From the NCBI GenBank assembly GCA_963696385.1, contig CAVOKF010000001.1, positions 96,001 to 160,000 of the forward strand: a stretch of 64,000 bases of DNA. The letters run 5' to 3'. Both the position numbers and the translations under genes were made by a program. The notes under the pieces are model-generated. The model was given only the letters and a program-made list of their open reading frames with translations, searched no databases and was not told where the DNA came from. This document shows positions 10,898 through 20,620 of the stretch, piece after piece (within the stretch, counting starts at the first letter, position 1; each line of letters begins with the position of its first letter). This DNA is from an uncultured delta proteobacterium. Its GTDB lineage: Bacteria > Myxococcota_A > Polyangia > Polyangiales > Polyangiaceae.

Positions 10898-11983
10898 ATG
10901 GATCGAAATGTCGTGCTCAGCGACTTCATCGTCGCCCACCGCGATGAACTGATCGCGCTCACACGGGCGAAGGTCGCTCAACGACTGGCTCCAAGAGCCA
11001 CAGAACGGGAGCTTTTGTGCGGAGTGCCCTTGTTCTTGGATCAACTCGCCGAAACGCTTGATGGCGAGCCGACGTCGGTGGACAAGGCGATCGACCTCGG
11101 CGCGGTGGCGCACGGCGCGGCGTTGCTGAACCTCGGGTATACGGTGGCCCAGGTCGTTCACGACTACGGCGATGTCTGCCAGGCGATCACCGAGCTCGCC
11201 CTGAACAGCCACGCGCGGATCGCGACCGACGAATTTCACACGCTCAATCGATGCCTCGACAACGCCATCGCTCAGGCGGTGACGGAGTACACGCGGCTCC
11301 GGGAGCGATTGCTGGTCGATGGCGAAACGGAGCGATCGGGCCTCTTCGCGCACGAGCTACGAAACCGGATCTCGGCCGCGCAGTTTGCGTTCCAGGCGAT
11401 CAAGAACGGTCGCGCGCCCATCGCGGGGAGTGTCGCGTCGCTCATCACGCGAAACCTCCATGGGATGAAGGACCTCGTCGATCAAGCGCTGCTCGAGGTG
11501 CGTCTGGACTCCGGGACCGCGCGTCGGCAGCGCATTCATTTGCAAGAGCTTCTGGAAGAGGCGGAAGTCGACGGGATGATGGAGTCGGGGACGCATGGCG
11601 TTTCGCTCAGCGTCGCGGCGACCGATCGCCGCGTCGATGTGCACGCGGATCCCCATGTTCTCGCAGGAGCCGTCGGCAACCTGCTGCAAAACGCGTTCAA
11701 GTTCACGCCCGCGGGCGGGCATGTATCGATCAGGACCTCGGTCGCCGACGGGCACGTCGCGATCGAGATCGAAGACCAATGCGGGGGACTTCCTGAAGGC
11801 AAGGCGGAGGTGTTGCGGCGCGCCTTTGCGCAGTCCGGGAGCCAACGAAAGGGGTTGGGGCACGGCCTATTCATCAGCCTCAAGGGCGTCAAAGCAAGCG
11901 GGGGAGAGATCCGCGTGCGGGATGTTCCGGGAAGAGGCTGCGTCTTCGGAATTGACCTGCCGCTGATGCCCGCAACGGCATGA
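10898..11983 (+). CDS. Cytoplasmic sensor histidine kinase
   Basis: H-box FAHELRN, N-box NLLQNAFKF, G1 IEDQCGG, G2 GLGHGL; no TM segments. Confidence 0.9.
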   Translation: MDRNVVLSDFIVAHRDELIALTRAKVAQRLAPRATERELLCGVPLFLDQLAETLDGEPTSVDKAIDLGAVAHGAALLNLGYTVAQVVHDYGDVCQAITELALNSHARIATDEFHTLNRCLDNAIAQAVTEYTRLRERLLVDGETERSGLFAHELRNRISAAQFAFQAIKNGRAPIAGSVASLITRNLHGMKDLVDQALLEVRLDSGTARRQRIHLQELLEEAEVDGMMESGTHGVSLSVAATDRRVDVHADPHVLAGAVGNLLQNAFKFTPAGGHVSIRTSVADGHVAIEIEDQCGGLPEGKAEVLRRAFAQSGSQRKGLGHGLFISLKGVKASGGEIRVRDVPGRGCVFGIDLPLMPATA

Positions 11984-13815
11984 CAGAGGCTTCGGCCTGG
12001 TCGCCAGTCGCGAGGGGCGGTCGCTCTCGCTCGGCGCATCGACGCGTGCTTCGAGGTCGCCGCGTGCGCGGCGCGATCGTCGGCTGGTTTGGAGCGATCG
12101 TCCTCTTGTCCGTTGTCACGGGACCTGCCCGCGCTCAGGGCAATGGCCTCTCCGCTCCGACGGGAGGGCGCTCGACTCTGATGGGCAACACGGGCGTAGC
12201 GCTCGCGCGCGACGGATCCGGGCCGTTTCTCAACCCGGCCACGATCGTCCGCATCGACGATCACTCCCTCGCGTTCTCCGTCAACTTCTACACGTTTGCC
12301 GCGACGCACTTCAGCGGCTGGCACCAGCAGGGGCCGGTCGACGCCTCGCTCTTCGGAAACGTGTCGCTCCGCGGGACCGGCGTCTGGTCGGACGGTCTCG
12401 ACATCTTGCCGTCGACGCTCTGCCTTTTCTTTACGATTCGGGGCGTGAGCTCGGAGGGATCGCACGACTCCGGCTTCCACCGCGGCCGTCATAAAGTGGC
12501 CTTCTGCTTCGGCAGCACCGAGTCGGCGGACGTCGGCTTGCCGGCGCTTCCTCTTCACGCAAGCACGCCGCTCGGCTCCACCGCGCAGGCGCAATCGGTC
12601 AGTCGCAGGTGGAACCGATTGTACGCGGGGCCGACCTACAGCTTCTCGCCGACCGACAGCCTTGCGCTGGGGGCCTCGATCCAGGGCGTCTACACCTCCG
12701 ACTCGTTCATCTTCGACAGCAGCAGCGTGACGTCGACGCTTTCGGGCAGCGCGATCGAGTCGTCGCTCGGGACGAGCGGCAACGGGCATGCGTTCGATCT
12801 GGCAGCCAGCCTCGGTGGCATCTACCACATCGGAAATTTCACGTTCGGCGCGAGCGTGCAACTGCCGGCCGTGCACCTTTTCGGCGTGTACGATGCGACA
12901 CTGCACGAGGAAAACGGAGATCCGGACAGCCACACGGCGACCCTTGCGACGGGACAGGGTTCGTTCAATGCCCCGCCGCCGGCGCGATTCGCCGTGGGTG
13001 CGGGGCTGGAACGGGGACGACTGGTGCTCGAACTCGACGAACGGCTCGACCTGCCCGTCGGCGCCATGTCGTCGACCATGACCGTGAGCGAGACGACGCT
13101 TGCAACCGGCGCTGCGCCTCTCGTGTCGCGCGCGTCGTACGTCGTCCCCGAGCGGCCCGTCTTGAACACGTCGGCCGGCTTCGAGTACCTGTTCTCGCCG
13201 ACGTTCAGCGTGCTCGGCGGAGCGTCGACCAATTTCACGACACTGTCGGCTCTCTTCCCGCAATCGTCGCTCGGCAACCTCGCGCCGGCCCGGACCAATA
13301 GCCTCGCCGTGTCTTTTGGAATCGGTTCGTACGGCGGCGGAACGGACCTGCTCATCGGGGCGCAGCTCGGGTACGGGTGGGGCCAGGCGATCGCGGTCAA
13401 TCCGTATGTCATCCCCAACCAGTGGGTCACGGTCGACCTCCAATCCTACAGTGCGATGATCGTCTTTGCGGGCGCCACGAGTTTCCGGTCGATCGGACGC
13501 GCTTTCGAAAAGATCGAGAATGCGGTCACGACCGGCAATCCGGATCGACCGAAGTCCGAGACGCCGACCGGCACGGCCGCCCCGGTAAGCCCGCTCGTGC
13601 CGGCTCCAGGCGTCCCCGGACCGGCCCCATCCAACGCGCCGACGGAGCTTCCGAGAACAGGCGAGTCGGATCCGCGCAACACCGGGGCGGACGGCGGAGT
13701 CGTCGAGCCTTTCGGTTCCCCAACGGCAGGCGACGGCGGGGCACCGCCGGCCCGGCCTTCCGATCTGCCATCGCCGCTCTTCGATCCACTCCATCGCGCG
13801 GTGCCGCCCGGGTGA
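11980..13815 (+). CDS. Putative outer-membrane beta-barrel (FadL/OmpP1-like) with Pro-rich C-terminal tail
   Basis: Signal ending ARAQ; GGRSTLMGNTGVALARDGSGPFLNPA resembles the FadL-family N-terminal motif; amphipathic beta strands. Start may be about 12064. Confidence 0.6.
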   Translation: MTEASAWSPVARGGRSRSAHRRVLRGRRVRGAIVGWFGAIVLLSVVTGPARAQGNGLSAPTGGRSTLMGNTGVALARDGSGPFLNPATIVRIDDHSLAFSVNFYTFAATHFSGWHQQGPVDASLFGNVSLRGTGVWSDGLDILPSTLCLFFTIRGVSSEGSHDSGFHRGRHKVAFCFGSTESADVGLPALPLHASTPLGSTAQAQSVSRRWNRLYAGPTYSFSPTDSLALGASIQGVYTSDSFIFDSSSVTSTLSGSAIESSLGTSGNGHAFDLAASLGGIYHIGNFTFGASVQLPAVHLFGVYDATLHEENGDPDSHTATLATGQGSFNAPPPARFAVGAGLERGRLVLELDERLDLPVGAMSSTMTVSETTLATGAAPLVSRASYVVPERPVLNTSAGFEYLFSPTFSVLGGASTNFTTLSALFPQSSLGNLAPARTNSLAVSFGIGSYGGGTDLLIGAQLGYGWGQAIAVNPYVIPNQWVTVDLQSYSAMIVFAGATSFRSIGRAFEKIENAVTTGNPDRPKSETPTGTAAPVSPLVPAPGVPGPAPSNAPTELPRTGESDPRNTGADGGVVEPFGSPTAGDGGAPPARPSDLPSPLFDPLHRAVPPG

Positions 13816-13872
13816 TCGCCCGGCCCCGATTTGGCGTACCATGCGTAGGCTCAGGAGTGAGCGCGAACTCCC

Positions 13873-14184
13873 TCAAACGGGGGCGGCCTTGGCCGGCTGC
13901 CGCGCCGCCTTTTCCATGGCGGTCGCCAGATCGAAATCGAGAGCGCTGATGCCGCCGGCATCGTGCGTCGTCAGATCCACGACGACACGATTGAAGACGT
14001 TGAACCACTCGGGGTGATGGTCCTGCTTCTGCGCGATGAGTGCACACGTGGCCATGAAGCCAAATGCGTCGGAAAAGTCGGCAAACGTGTAATCGCGGTG
14101 GAGCTTGCCGTCACGCACCACCCATCCGGGCAGCCTCTGCAATCTCTCTTTCAACTCGACCTCGGTCAACTTGGGCATTTTCAT
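13873..14184 (-). CDS. phhB: Pterin-4-alpha-carbinolamine dehydratase
   Basis: FADFSDAFGFM, DHHPEWFNVFNRV, LTTHDAGGISALD. Confidence 0.93.
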   Translation of the reverse strand: MKMPKLTEVELKERLQRLPGWVVRDGKLHRDYTFADFSDAFGFMATCALIAQKQDHHPEWFNVFNRVVVDLTTHDAGGISALDFDLATAMEKAARQPAKAAPV

Positions 14185-14246
14185 GCCCGAATGCGAGCAC
14201 GGTCCATGCCGAGGATCTCGTCCATGCCCTGACCGGGCGCGTTGCC

Positions 14247-15659
14247 TCATTTCGGCGCTGGGGTTCTCCGCGACGACAGAAAAAGGACCAGCTGCTCCAG
14301 CTCCTGAGGCGCGAGCGTCCCCGCAAAGCCCGGCATGTTCGTTCCACCGTTCGAAATTCGGATCGTGATGTCCTCTCGCGTCAGAAGATCGCCGATGGTG
14401 CTCAGGTTCGGTCCGCGCCGCCCGCCGTTGCCCGCGATGAGATGGCAGTTCAGGCAACCCTTGTCGTGAAAGAGCCGCGCGCCCTCCGCCACGGGCCCGT
14501 CGGTGGCACCCACGACCTCCGCGGTGAGCGGCGGCGCGTCGAAATTCGGCGACCAAGGCGAACGAGCGCCGAGGATCCAAAGGGACCCGATCATGACCAC
14601 CGTGAGCACCACCATCCCGATCGCCCACGGGCGACGCCGCGCGCTCCGCTCTCCCTTGTTGGAGATGAGCGGGGCAGAAATGAGCAGTCCGCCCACGGCG
14701 ATCGGCGCAAAGAGGATGATGGCGGTCTCGATCCTCGGCGGAGCGAGCGCGAGGACCGCGAAATACCAAAGAAGGTACCAATCCGGGCGCGGGTCGGAGG
14801 CAAGGAGACTCGGGTCGGGCGGAGCGCCGATCGGGACAGGACCGACGAAGATCGCGAGCAGAAGGATGCCCGTCGCCATCGCGACGCCGAACACGACGTC
14901 GCGCCAGGCGGCGTCCGGCCAGAAGGGGACGCCGTGCTTCGCGAGGTGCTCCTTGTAGCGGCTCCGGTACGTCTTGGGATCGACGAGATCGCCGGCCGTG
15001 GGCGGCTCGGAGATCCCGTGCCTCACCACGAGGAACACGTGCAGGGCCACTCCCGCGAAGAGCATCGCAGGGATCAGAAACACGTGGATGGCGAAAAAAC
15101 GACTGAGCGTGGCGCCCCCCACCGTGTCGCCTCCGAGGATGAAGCGGGCGATCCGGTCGCCGACCAGGGGCAGGCGCCCCGCCTGCTCCGCGCCGACCAC
15201 GACCGACCACGTCGCGTTTTGGTCCCAGCGAAGCAGCTGGCCGGTGAATCCCATGCCGAGCGTCAACGCGAGGAGCCCCACCCCCGAGAGCCAATTCATC
15301 TCGCGGGGAAACTTGTACGATCCGGAAATATAGACCTGCCCCATGTGGATGCCCACCATCAGCACCATCGCCGAGGCGCCGTAGTAGTGGAGCCCGCGCA
15401 GCGTGCGGCCGAACGGGGCGCTGTTCGTGATGAAGAGCAGGGTCTCGTACGCCTGCGAGGACGAGGCGATGTAGGAGAAGGCGAGCGTCACGCCGCTCAG
15501 GACTTGGATGGCGAGCGCGAACAGCGTGGCGCTCCCGAACACGTACCACCAGCGCGCGCCGCGCGGCACCGGGTGCTTGAGCAGCGGTCCGACGAGCGAC
15601 GAGATGCCCACGCGATCGTCGATCGTGGCCCAGGTGGTCTTCACGAGTCGCTTGATCAT
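14247..15659 (-). CDS. Cytochrome b (bc complex) fused to a C-terminal monoheme cytochrome c
   Basis: [15 protein letters not shown] and AIHVF/LHVF heme-b His pairs, FPREMNW, PDWY Qo motif, C-terminal CLNCH...NMPGF. Confidence 0.93.
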   Translation of the reverse strand: MIKRLVKTTWATIDDRVGISSLVGPLLKHPVPRGARWWYVFGSATLFALAIQVLSGVTLAFSYIASSSQAYETLLFITNSAPFGRTLRGLHYYGASAMVLMVGIHMGQVYISGSYKFPREMNWLSGVGLLALTLGMGFTGQLLRWDQNATWSVVVGAEQAGRLPLVGDRIARFILGGDTVGGATLSRFFAIHVFLIPAMLFAGVALHVFLVVRHGISEPPTAGDLVDPKTYRSRYKEHLAKHGVPFWPDAAWRDVVFGVAMATGILLLAIFVGPVPIGAPPDPSLLASDPRPDWYLLWYFAVLALAPPRIETAIILFAPIAVGGLLISAPLISNKGERSARRRPWAIGMVVLTVVMIGSLWILGARSPWSPNFDAPPLTAEVVGATDGPVAEGARLFHDKGCLNCHLIAGNGGRRGPNLSTIGDLLTREDITIRISNGGTNMPGFAGTLAPQELEQLVLFLSSRRTPAPK

Positions 15660-15661
15660 GT

Positions 15662-16204
15662 TCAGCCGATCGGGATGGGGTCCGCTCGGATCGCCACTTC
15701 GCCGTTTTGGATGCGGACCGGGTACCGGGTGAGAGGGTGAGGCGGCGGTCCAGCAGCGACGCGACCATCCTCGTAGTACACGCCGCCGTGGCAAGGGCAC
15801 ATGAAGAGAAGCGCTTCTCGGATCCAGCGAACGGGGCATCCGAGGTGCGAGCAGTTGACCGAGAATGCGACAAACTCGTCCTCGCTCAAGCGGCGGAGCC
15901 ACGCGGAGGTTTTCGCGGTGACGCCCGCCCAGGGCAAAGGCGATCCGTCGATGAACACGACGTTGACGGTCTCGCCCACTTTGAAATGTTCGACCTTGCC
16001 CACGGGGCGCCATTCGAGAGGAGCGTCGCGAAGGAGCGGCGCCACGACGAACCCCACCCCGGGGACCGAGATCGCGGCGCCGCAAGCGACGCCCAGGCCG
16101 ACCGTCATTTTGCCGAGGAGCTGGCGACGCGCGATCTCGTGAGCCGACTCGGGCGGCCTCTCGACGAGCGCGGGCTCGTCGTCGTCCCGCTTTTCATGGT
16201 TCAT
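15662..16204 (-). CDS. Rieske [2Fe-2S] subunit of the bc complex
   Basis: Tat-like ARRQLL plus TM; CSHLGC and CPCHGGVY boxes; GPPPHPL. Confidence 0.94.
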   Translation of the reverse strand: MNHEKRDDDEPALVERPPESAHEIARRQLLGKMTVGLGVACGAAISVPGVGFVVAPLLRDAPLEWRPVGKVEHFKVGETVNVVFIDGSPLPWAGVTAKTSAWLRRLSEDEFVAFSVNCSHLGCPVRWIREALLFMCPCHGGVYYEDGRVAAGPPPHPLTRYPVRIQNGEVAIRADPIPIG

Positions 16205-16418
16205 GGCGGATCTCTCCAATCCAGCCGATCAGGGATACGACGACGACCAGAGCCCCCCCGAACAGAACGACGGGCGACGTTGCGATTCCCCACAAGCCAA
16301 GGGTGATACCGAACGCCATCGAAGCGGGGAACACCGTGGGTCGAGCCATCCCCTCGAGCCTGACCTCGACCCCATCGGCGGCGTCCTCGGGCTTCGGACG
16401 GTCGGGATCGGACGTCAT
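16194..16418 (-). CDS. Small 2-TM membrane protein, probable oxidase subunit IV-like accessory
   Basis: 74 aa, PTVFPASMAFGITLGLWG...IGWIGE; overlaps ctaG stop (ATGA) and the Rieske start. Confidence 0.65.
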   Translation of the reverse strand: MTSDPDRPKPEDAADGVEVRLEGMARPTVFPASMAFGITLGLWGIATSPVVLFGGALVVVVSLIGWIGEIRHEP

Positions 16419-17212
16419 GGCGCGCCTCCCGCCGCATGCGGCAGAGTCTGCTCCTCGCCGTAATAGCGGCCGATCGTCGCGAGGATCGCCGCCGCGTAGA
16501 CAAAGCAGGCCGGTACCCACATCATCAGGCCACCGATCTCCTGATCGGCCCGACACGACAGACCCCAGCCGTCGCGCAAGAGCGGAAGGACGCCGAGCGA
16601 GTCGACGGGGTGCGTGTACGCGCTGCAGACCTCGACGGGCGAGAGGGTGACCACGATGCCGAGAATCGTGCAGGCGACGCACGCGGCGAAAAGATACAGG
16701 ATGGCGGCGAATGCCGGCAGGCGATCCGCGACGCAAGGCGCGAGGATCGGTCGCCAGAACGCGTACCCCATCCCGAGCAGCGACGCGGTCTGAAAGGCCT
16801 GCACACTCGGGCTTACGGCGGCCGCGTTGCAGAGCGAGGGCGCATGCCAGAACCACATGGCTCCGACGCCTGCGACCCAAGGTCCCAGGTACCCGAACGC
16901 GCCTCGATCGCGCGGAGGAGACGCGCGCGGCGCGCGCTCGCGAGGCAGTCCCAGAAGCACGAGCGGCGGGACGACCAGCATCAGGAGCAGGTGCTGGAGC
17001 ATGTGCGCGCTGAACGAGTAGCCCCGCGCGAGAACGCCGATCGGCGACGCGAGCGCCACAAAGAAGATCGCGACCGCTAGACCAAAGAAGACCGCCCTTG
17101 CGTCGAGGCGACCGCGGTAGCGAAAACCGTACGCGCCGAGCGCGAGGATGCACGCGAGCGGGACTACGGTCCCCGGATCCCACGCCGAAAGCAGAAGCGA
17201 ACGTGTCGTCAC
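16415..17212 (-). CDS. ctaG: caa3-type cytochrome c oxidase assembly factor CtaG
   Basis: FSAHMLQHLLLMLVVPP, WFWHAP, DQEIGGLMMWVP; GTGA overlap with the subunit I stop. Confidence 0.9.
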   Translation of the reverse strand: MTTRSLLLSAWDPGTVVPLACILALGAYGFRYRGRLDARAVFFGLAVAIFFVALASPIGVLARGYSFSAHMLQHLLLMLVVPPLVLLGLPRERAPRASPPRDRGAFGYLGPWVAGVGAMWFWHAPSLCNAAAVSPSVQAFQTASLLGMGYAFWRPILAPCVADRLPAFAAILYLFAACVACTILGIVVTLSPVEVCSAYTHPVDSLGVLPLLRDGWGLSCRADQEIGGLMMWVPACFVYAAAILATIGRYYGEEQTLPHAAGGAP

Positions 17213-19422
17213 AGAACGATTCTTCCGTAGACGAGGGTGAACACGACGAGCCAAACCGCGTCGACGAAGTGCCAATAGAGCCCGACGGCCCGAAGCGCGC
17301 GAGACGACTTGTCCCGAAAGTCGCCCGTGGACGCGAGGCCCGCGAGGAATCCAAGCGCGACGAGCCCCAGCAAGACGTGGAGGCCATGAAATCCGGTGAG
17401 GGTGAAGAAGGTGGACGTGAACAGGCTGCTGTCCACCGCGAACCCGCGCTCGAAGAGCTTCGCGTACTCGCGGGCTTGCCCGCCCAGAAAGACGAGGCCG
17501 AGCGCGAGGGTCGCGGTCGACCACGCGCGGAAGGCGCGAATCGTGCCGCGCGCGAGGCCTCTTTCCGCGAAGTAAAGGGTGAGGCTGCTCGCGAGCAAAC
17601 ACACGGTCAGTACGCCGGCTTTCTTGACGTCGAGCGCGGCCGCCGCCGCCTTCGTCGACAGGTTGAAGAAGACATACGACAGGATGAGGACGACGAAGAA
17701 CGCCGCTTCCGAGACGATGAGCGCCCAGACCGCGACCACGGCCTTGTCGGGCGCGTGGCTCTCTGGCGCGGCGGTGCGGGCTGGCGTGCCCTCGGGCGCA
17801 ACGGGATCCCGAAGCGGACGCCGGCTGCGGACGGAAAGAGCGCGCTCGAAGTTGTGCGGAGGCGGTGGCGAAGTCGTTGCCCACTCGAGGGTCCACCCGT
17901 TCCACGGATTGTCGCCGGCGACATGGCCGCGACGCAGGCTCGTCGCCATGTTGATCCCGAAGACGGCGACCGACACGCCCATGACGAACGCGCCCACGGT
18001 CGAGGCCATGTTCAGCGCGCCCCACCCGGGCAAATCCGGATACGTGTACACGCGCCGGGGCATGCCCAGGATGCCCAGAAAGTGCTGCACGAAAAATGTC
18101 AGGTTGAAGCCGACGACCGTGAGCCAGAAGTGCGCCTTGCCCCACCGCTCGTCGAGAAGGCGGCCGGTCATCTTGGGAAACCAGTAATAGATCCCCGCGA
18201 AGATCGCGAAGGCCGTGCCCCCGAACAACACGTAGTGGAAATGCGCGACCAGATAATACGTGTCGGTGACCTGCCAGTCGATCGGTGCCGCGGCGAACGT
18301 GATGCCGCTCAGGCCGCCGATGACGAACTCGAGCAGAAACGCGACCGCGAACATCATCGCCGTCGTGAACCGGATCGCGCCCCCCCACATCGTCGCGATC
18401 CAGTTGAAGATCTTGACGCCGGTGGGCACGGCGATGGCCATGCTTCCCATCGCGAACGCCAGGTCGGCTCTGTGCCCGAGCCCCACCGCGAACATGTGGT
18501 GGGCCCAGACGCCGAAGCTCAGGATCGCGATGGCGACCGTCGAGGCCGCGACGAACTCGTAGCCGAAAATGGGCTTTCCGGAGAAGACGGGGATGACCTC
18601 GGAGATGATCCCGAACGCCGGCAGCGCCATGATGTAGACCTCCGGGTGCCCGAAGGTCCAAAAGAAGTGCTGCCACAAGATGGCCGAGCCGCCGCCGGTC
18701 GCCTGGAAAAAGTGAGCGTCGAGGCGGCGATCGACCAAAAGCATCACGAGCGACGCGTTCAGGACGGGCAACGCGAGGACGATGAGGCTGGCGGTGACGA
18801 ACGTCATCCACACGAACAGCGGCAGCCGCCGGATGGTGAGGCCGGGTGCGCGGAGCGTGATGACCGTGGCGATGAGGTTGATCGCCCCGCTGACCGAGCC
18901 GATTCCGAGCACCAGAAGCGCCAGGATCCAGTAGTCGATCCCTGCCGTGGAGCTGTAGGGTGTCTCGCTGAGCGGGGCGTAGCTGAACCAGCCGGCCGAA
19001 GGGGCGCCGCCGGCGAAGAGGCTGAAGTGAAGGAGCAGGCCGCCAAACGGGAATAGCCAATAGCTCAGTGCGTTCAGCCGCGGAAACGCCATGTCGCGGG
19101 CCCCAATCATCAGCGGCACGAAGTAGTTGCCCAGACCGACCAGCGCGGGCATCACGACGAGAAAGATCATCGTCGTGCCGTGCATCGTGAACATCTCGTT
19201 ATACGTCTCCGGCGAAAGAAAGTGCGCGTTCGGGCGCGCGAGCTGGATACGAATGAGGAGCGCTTCGACTCCTCCGACGGCGAAGAAGACGAGTGAGGTG
19301 AGCAGATAGAGCAGGCCGATGCGCTTGTGATCGACTGTGGCCACCCAGGCGAATGCGCCGAGTTCGTCTTGCCGCGCGCCGCGTTCCGGGACGACGGCGA
19401 CCTCGGGATTCGCGACGGTCAT
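17209..19422 (-). CDS. ctaD: Cytochrome c oxidase subunit I fused to subunit III (type A1)
   Basis: TMHGTTM, FGHPEVY, VWAHHM, PTGVKIFNW, AHFHYV; C-terminal subunit III motifs IVSEAAFF, TGFHGLHV, YWHFVDAVW. Confidence 0.96.
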   Translation of the reverse strand: MTVANPEVAVVPERGARQDELGAFAWVATVDHKRIGLLYLLTSLVFFAVGGVEALLIRIQLARPNAHFLSPETYNEMFTMHGTTMIFLVVMPALVGLGNYFVPLMIGARDMAFPRLNALSYWLFPFGGLLLHFSLFAGGAPSAGWFSYAPLSETPYSSTAGIDYWILALLVLGIGSVSGAINLIATVITLRAPGLTIRRLPLFVWMTFVTASLIVLALPVLNASLVMLLVDRRLDAHFFQATGGGSAILWQHFFWTFGHPEVYIMALPAFGIISEVIPVFSGKPIFGYEFVAASTVAIAILSFGVWAHHMFAVGLGHRADLAFAMGSMAIAVPTGVKIFNWIATMWGGAIRFTTAMMFAVAFLLEFVIGGLSGITFAAAPIDWQVTDTYYLVAHFHYVLFGGTAFAIFAGIYYWFPKMTGRLLDERWGKAHFWLTVVGFNLTFFVQHFLGILGMPRRVYTYPDLPGWGALNMASTVGAFVMGVSVAVFGINMATSLRRGHVAGDNPWNGWTLEWATTSPPPPHNFERALSVRSRRPLRDPVAPEGTPARTAAPESHAPDKAVVAVWALIVSEAAFFVVLILSYVFFNLSTKAAAAALDVKKAGVLTVCLLASSLTLYFAERGLARGTIRAFRAWSTATLALGLVFLGGQAREYAKLFERGFAVDSSLFTSTFFTLTGFHGLHVLLGLVALGFLAGLASTGDFRDKSSRALRAVGLYWHFVDAVWLVVFTLVYGRIVL

Positions 19423-20363
19423 CGGAGTGTCTCCAGATACGCGACGAGGTCTTTGACCTGATGGTCGGGCAGCTGTGCGTTCGGCATGTGGCAGCCCTCC
19501 TTGATGTCTTGCGGATTCTCGAGCCATTGAGCCAAAGTCGCCGGGGTGTTGGGCAGGACCCCGGCGCCCAGCGTCGTGCGCTCTGCGAGGTGCGTCAGGT
19601 CGGGTGCGAACCGGGCGCTTTCTCCGTTGCCGCGGATCGAGTGACACGTGATGCACGTCATCGCTGCGAAGATCGTCGCACCTCGGAGCGCCGCCTCGTC
19701 TACCGGGTGAGCCGCCGGGGCGATCTGGTGACGCTCCCAGGTCGTGAATTGGTCCGGCGTGTCCATCACGACGAGGATGCGCATCCACGCGTGCTGGGCG
19801 CCGCAGTACTCGGCGCACGTGCCCGCGTACGTGCCGGGTTGATCCGCCTGCATCCAGAGGCTCGTGGGCCGTCCCGGAGTGGCGTCCATCTTGCGTCCGA
19901 GCTCGGGAACCCAGAAATCGTGCACGACGTCCGCCGACTCGAGGCGAACGACCAGCGGCTTGCCGGCAGGGAGGTGGATCTCGTTCGCGGTGACGGCGCC
20001 CGACGGGTACCTCGCCTCCCACCACCACTGGTGGGCGATGATCGTCACGTCCGGGGCCCGATCGACCGCGGGATCCGACGCCTGCATCGCTCGTCCGGTG
20101 AGGACCAGCAGCCAGGTGAGGAGCAACACGGGGGCGATCGTCCAGCCGATCTCGAGACGCGTATTGCCTTCGATGGGCTTCGGTTCGCGCGCACTCTTTG
20201 CGCGAAAGCGCAACACACAAACCGAGATCAGAGCCGTCACGAGGAAGAAGACGGCGCCGCAAAGGAGCAGCGTGGTCGCGAAGAGGTTGGCGATCGCGGC
20301 CGCCTGGGGCGAGTGGGGATGGAACGGCCCTGCGACGAGGCCCGTCAATGCCTTGGCGCTCAC
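19419..20363 (-). CDS. ctaC: Cytochrome c oxidase subunit II with fused cytochrome c (caa3)
   Basis: LEIGWT, HQWWW, DVVHDFWVP, CuA motif CAEYCGAQHAWM, C-terminal CITCH...HMP; GTG start inferred. Confidence 0.93.
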   Translation of the reverse strand: MSAKALTGLVAGPFHPHSPQAAAIANLFATTLLLCGAVFFLVTALISVCVLRFRAKSAREPKPIEGNTRLEIGWTIAPVLLLTWLLVLTGRAMQASDPAVDRAPDVTIIAHQWWWEARYPSGAVTANEIHLPAGKPLVVRLESADVVHDFWVPELGRKMDATPGRPTSLWMQADQPGTYAGTCAEYCGAQHAWMRILVVMDTPDQFTTWERHQIAPAAHPVDEAALRGATIFAAMTCITCHSIRGNGESARFAPDLTHLAERTTLGAGVLPNTPATLAQWLENPQDIKEGCHMPNAQLPDHQVKDLVAYLETLR

Positions 20364-20435
20364 CGCCGCAAGGCTATCTGCGACCCCCGGAACCGACAAA
20401 CGCGAAGCGGCAAAAGCCCTGAGCCACGAGCTCGC

Positions 20436-20468
20436 TTGCAATTTGCAAAGTGCCTTGGCAAGGTGCAA
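20436..20468. promoter_or_regulatory. Tandem palindromic sites, possible enhancer-binding-protein UAS
   Basis: TTGCA-ATT-TGCAA (20436-20448) and TGGCA-AGG-TGCAA (20456-20468) in the divergent intergenic region. Confidence 0.4.
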
Positions 20469-20589
20469 AGGATGGCATGCGCCAGGGTGGTTGACCGACG
20501 CCTCTCTCTGCGCGGGAGGCGGGGTAGGTTCACTTTTCTTTCGAGGGGTTGCCGACTCGGCCCCACCCGGACCGGGGAGCCACGATTCC

Positions 20590-20605
20590 GGGAACGCATC
20601 GTGCA
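20590..20605 (+). promoter_or_regulatory. Possible sigma54 promoter for the multiheme genes
   Basis: GGGAACGCATCGTGCA (GG-N10-GC) just upstream of ATG 20621. Confidence 0.35.
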
Positions 20606-20620
20606 CGTGGCCGCGGATCC

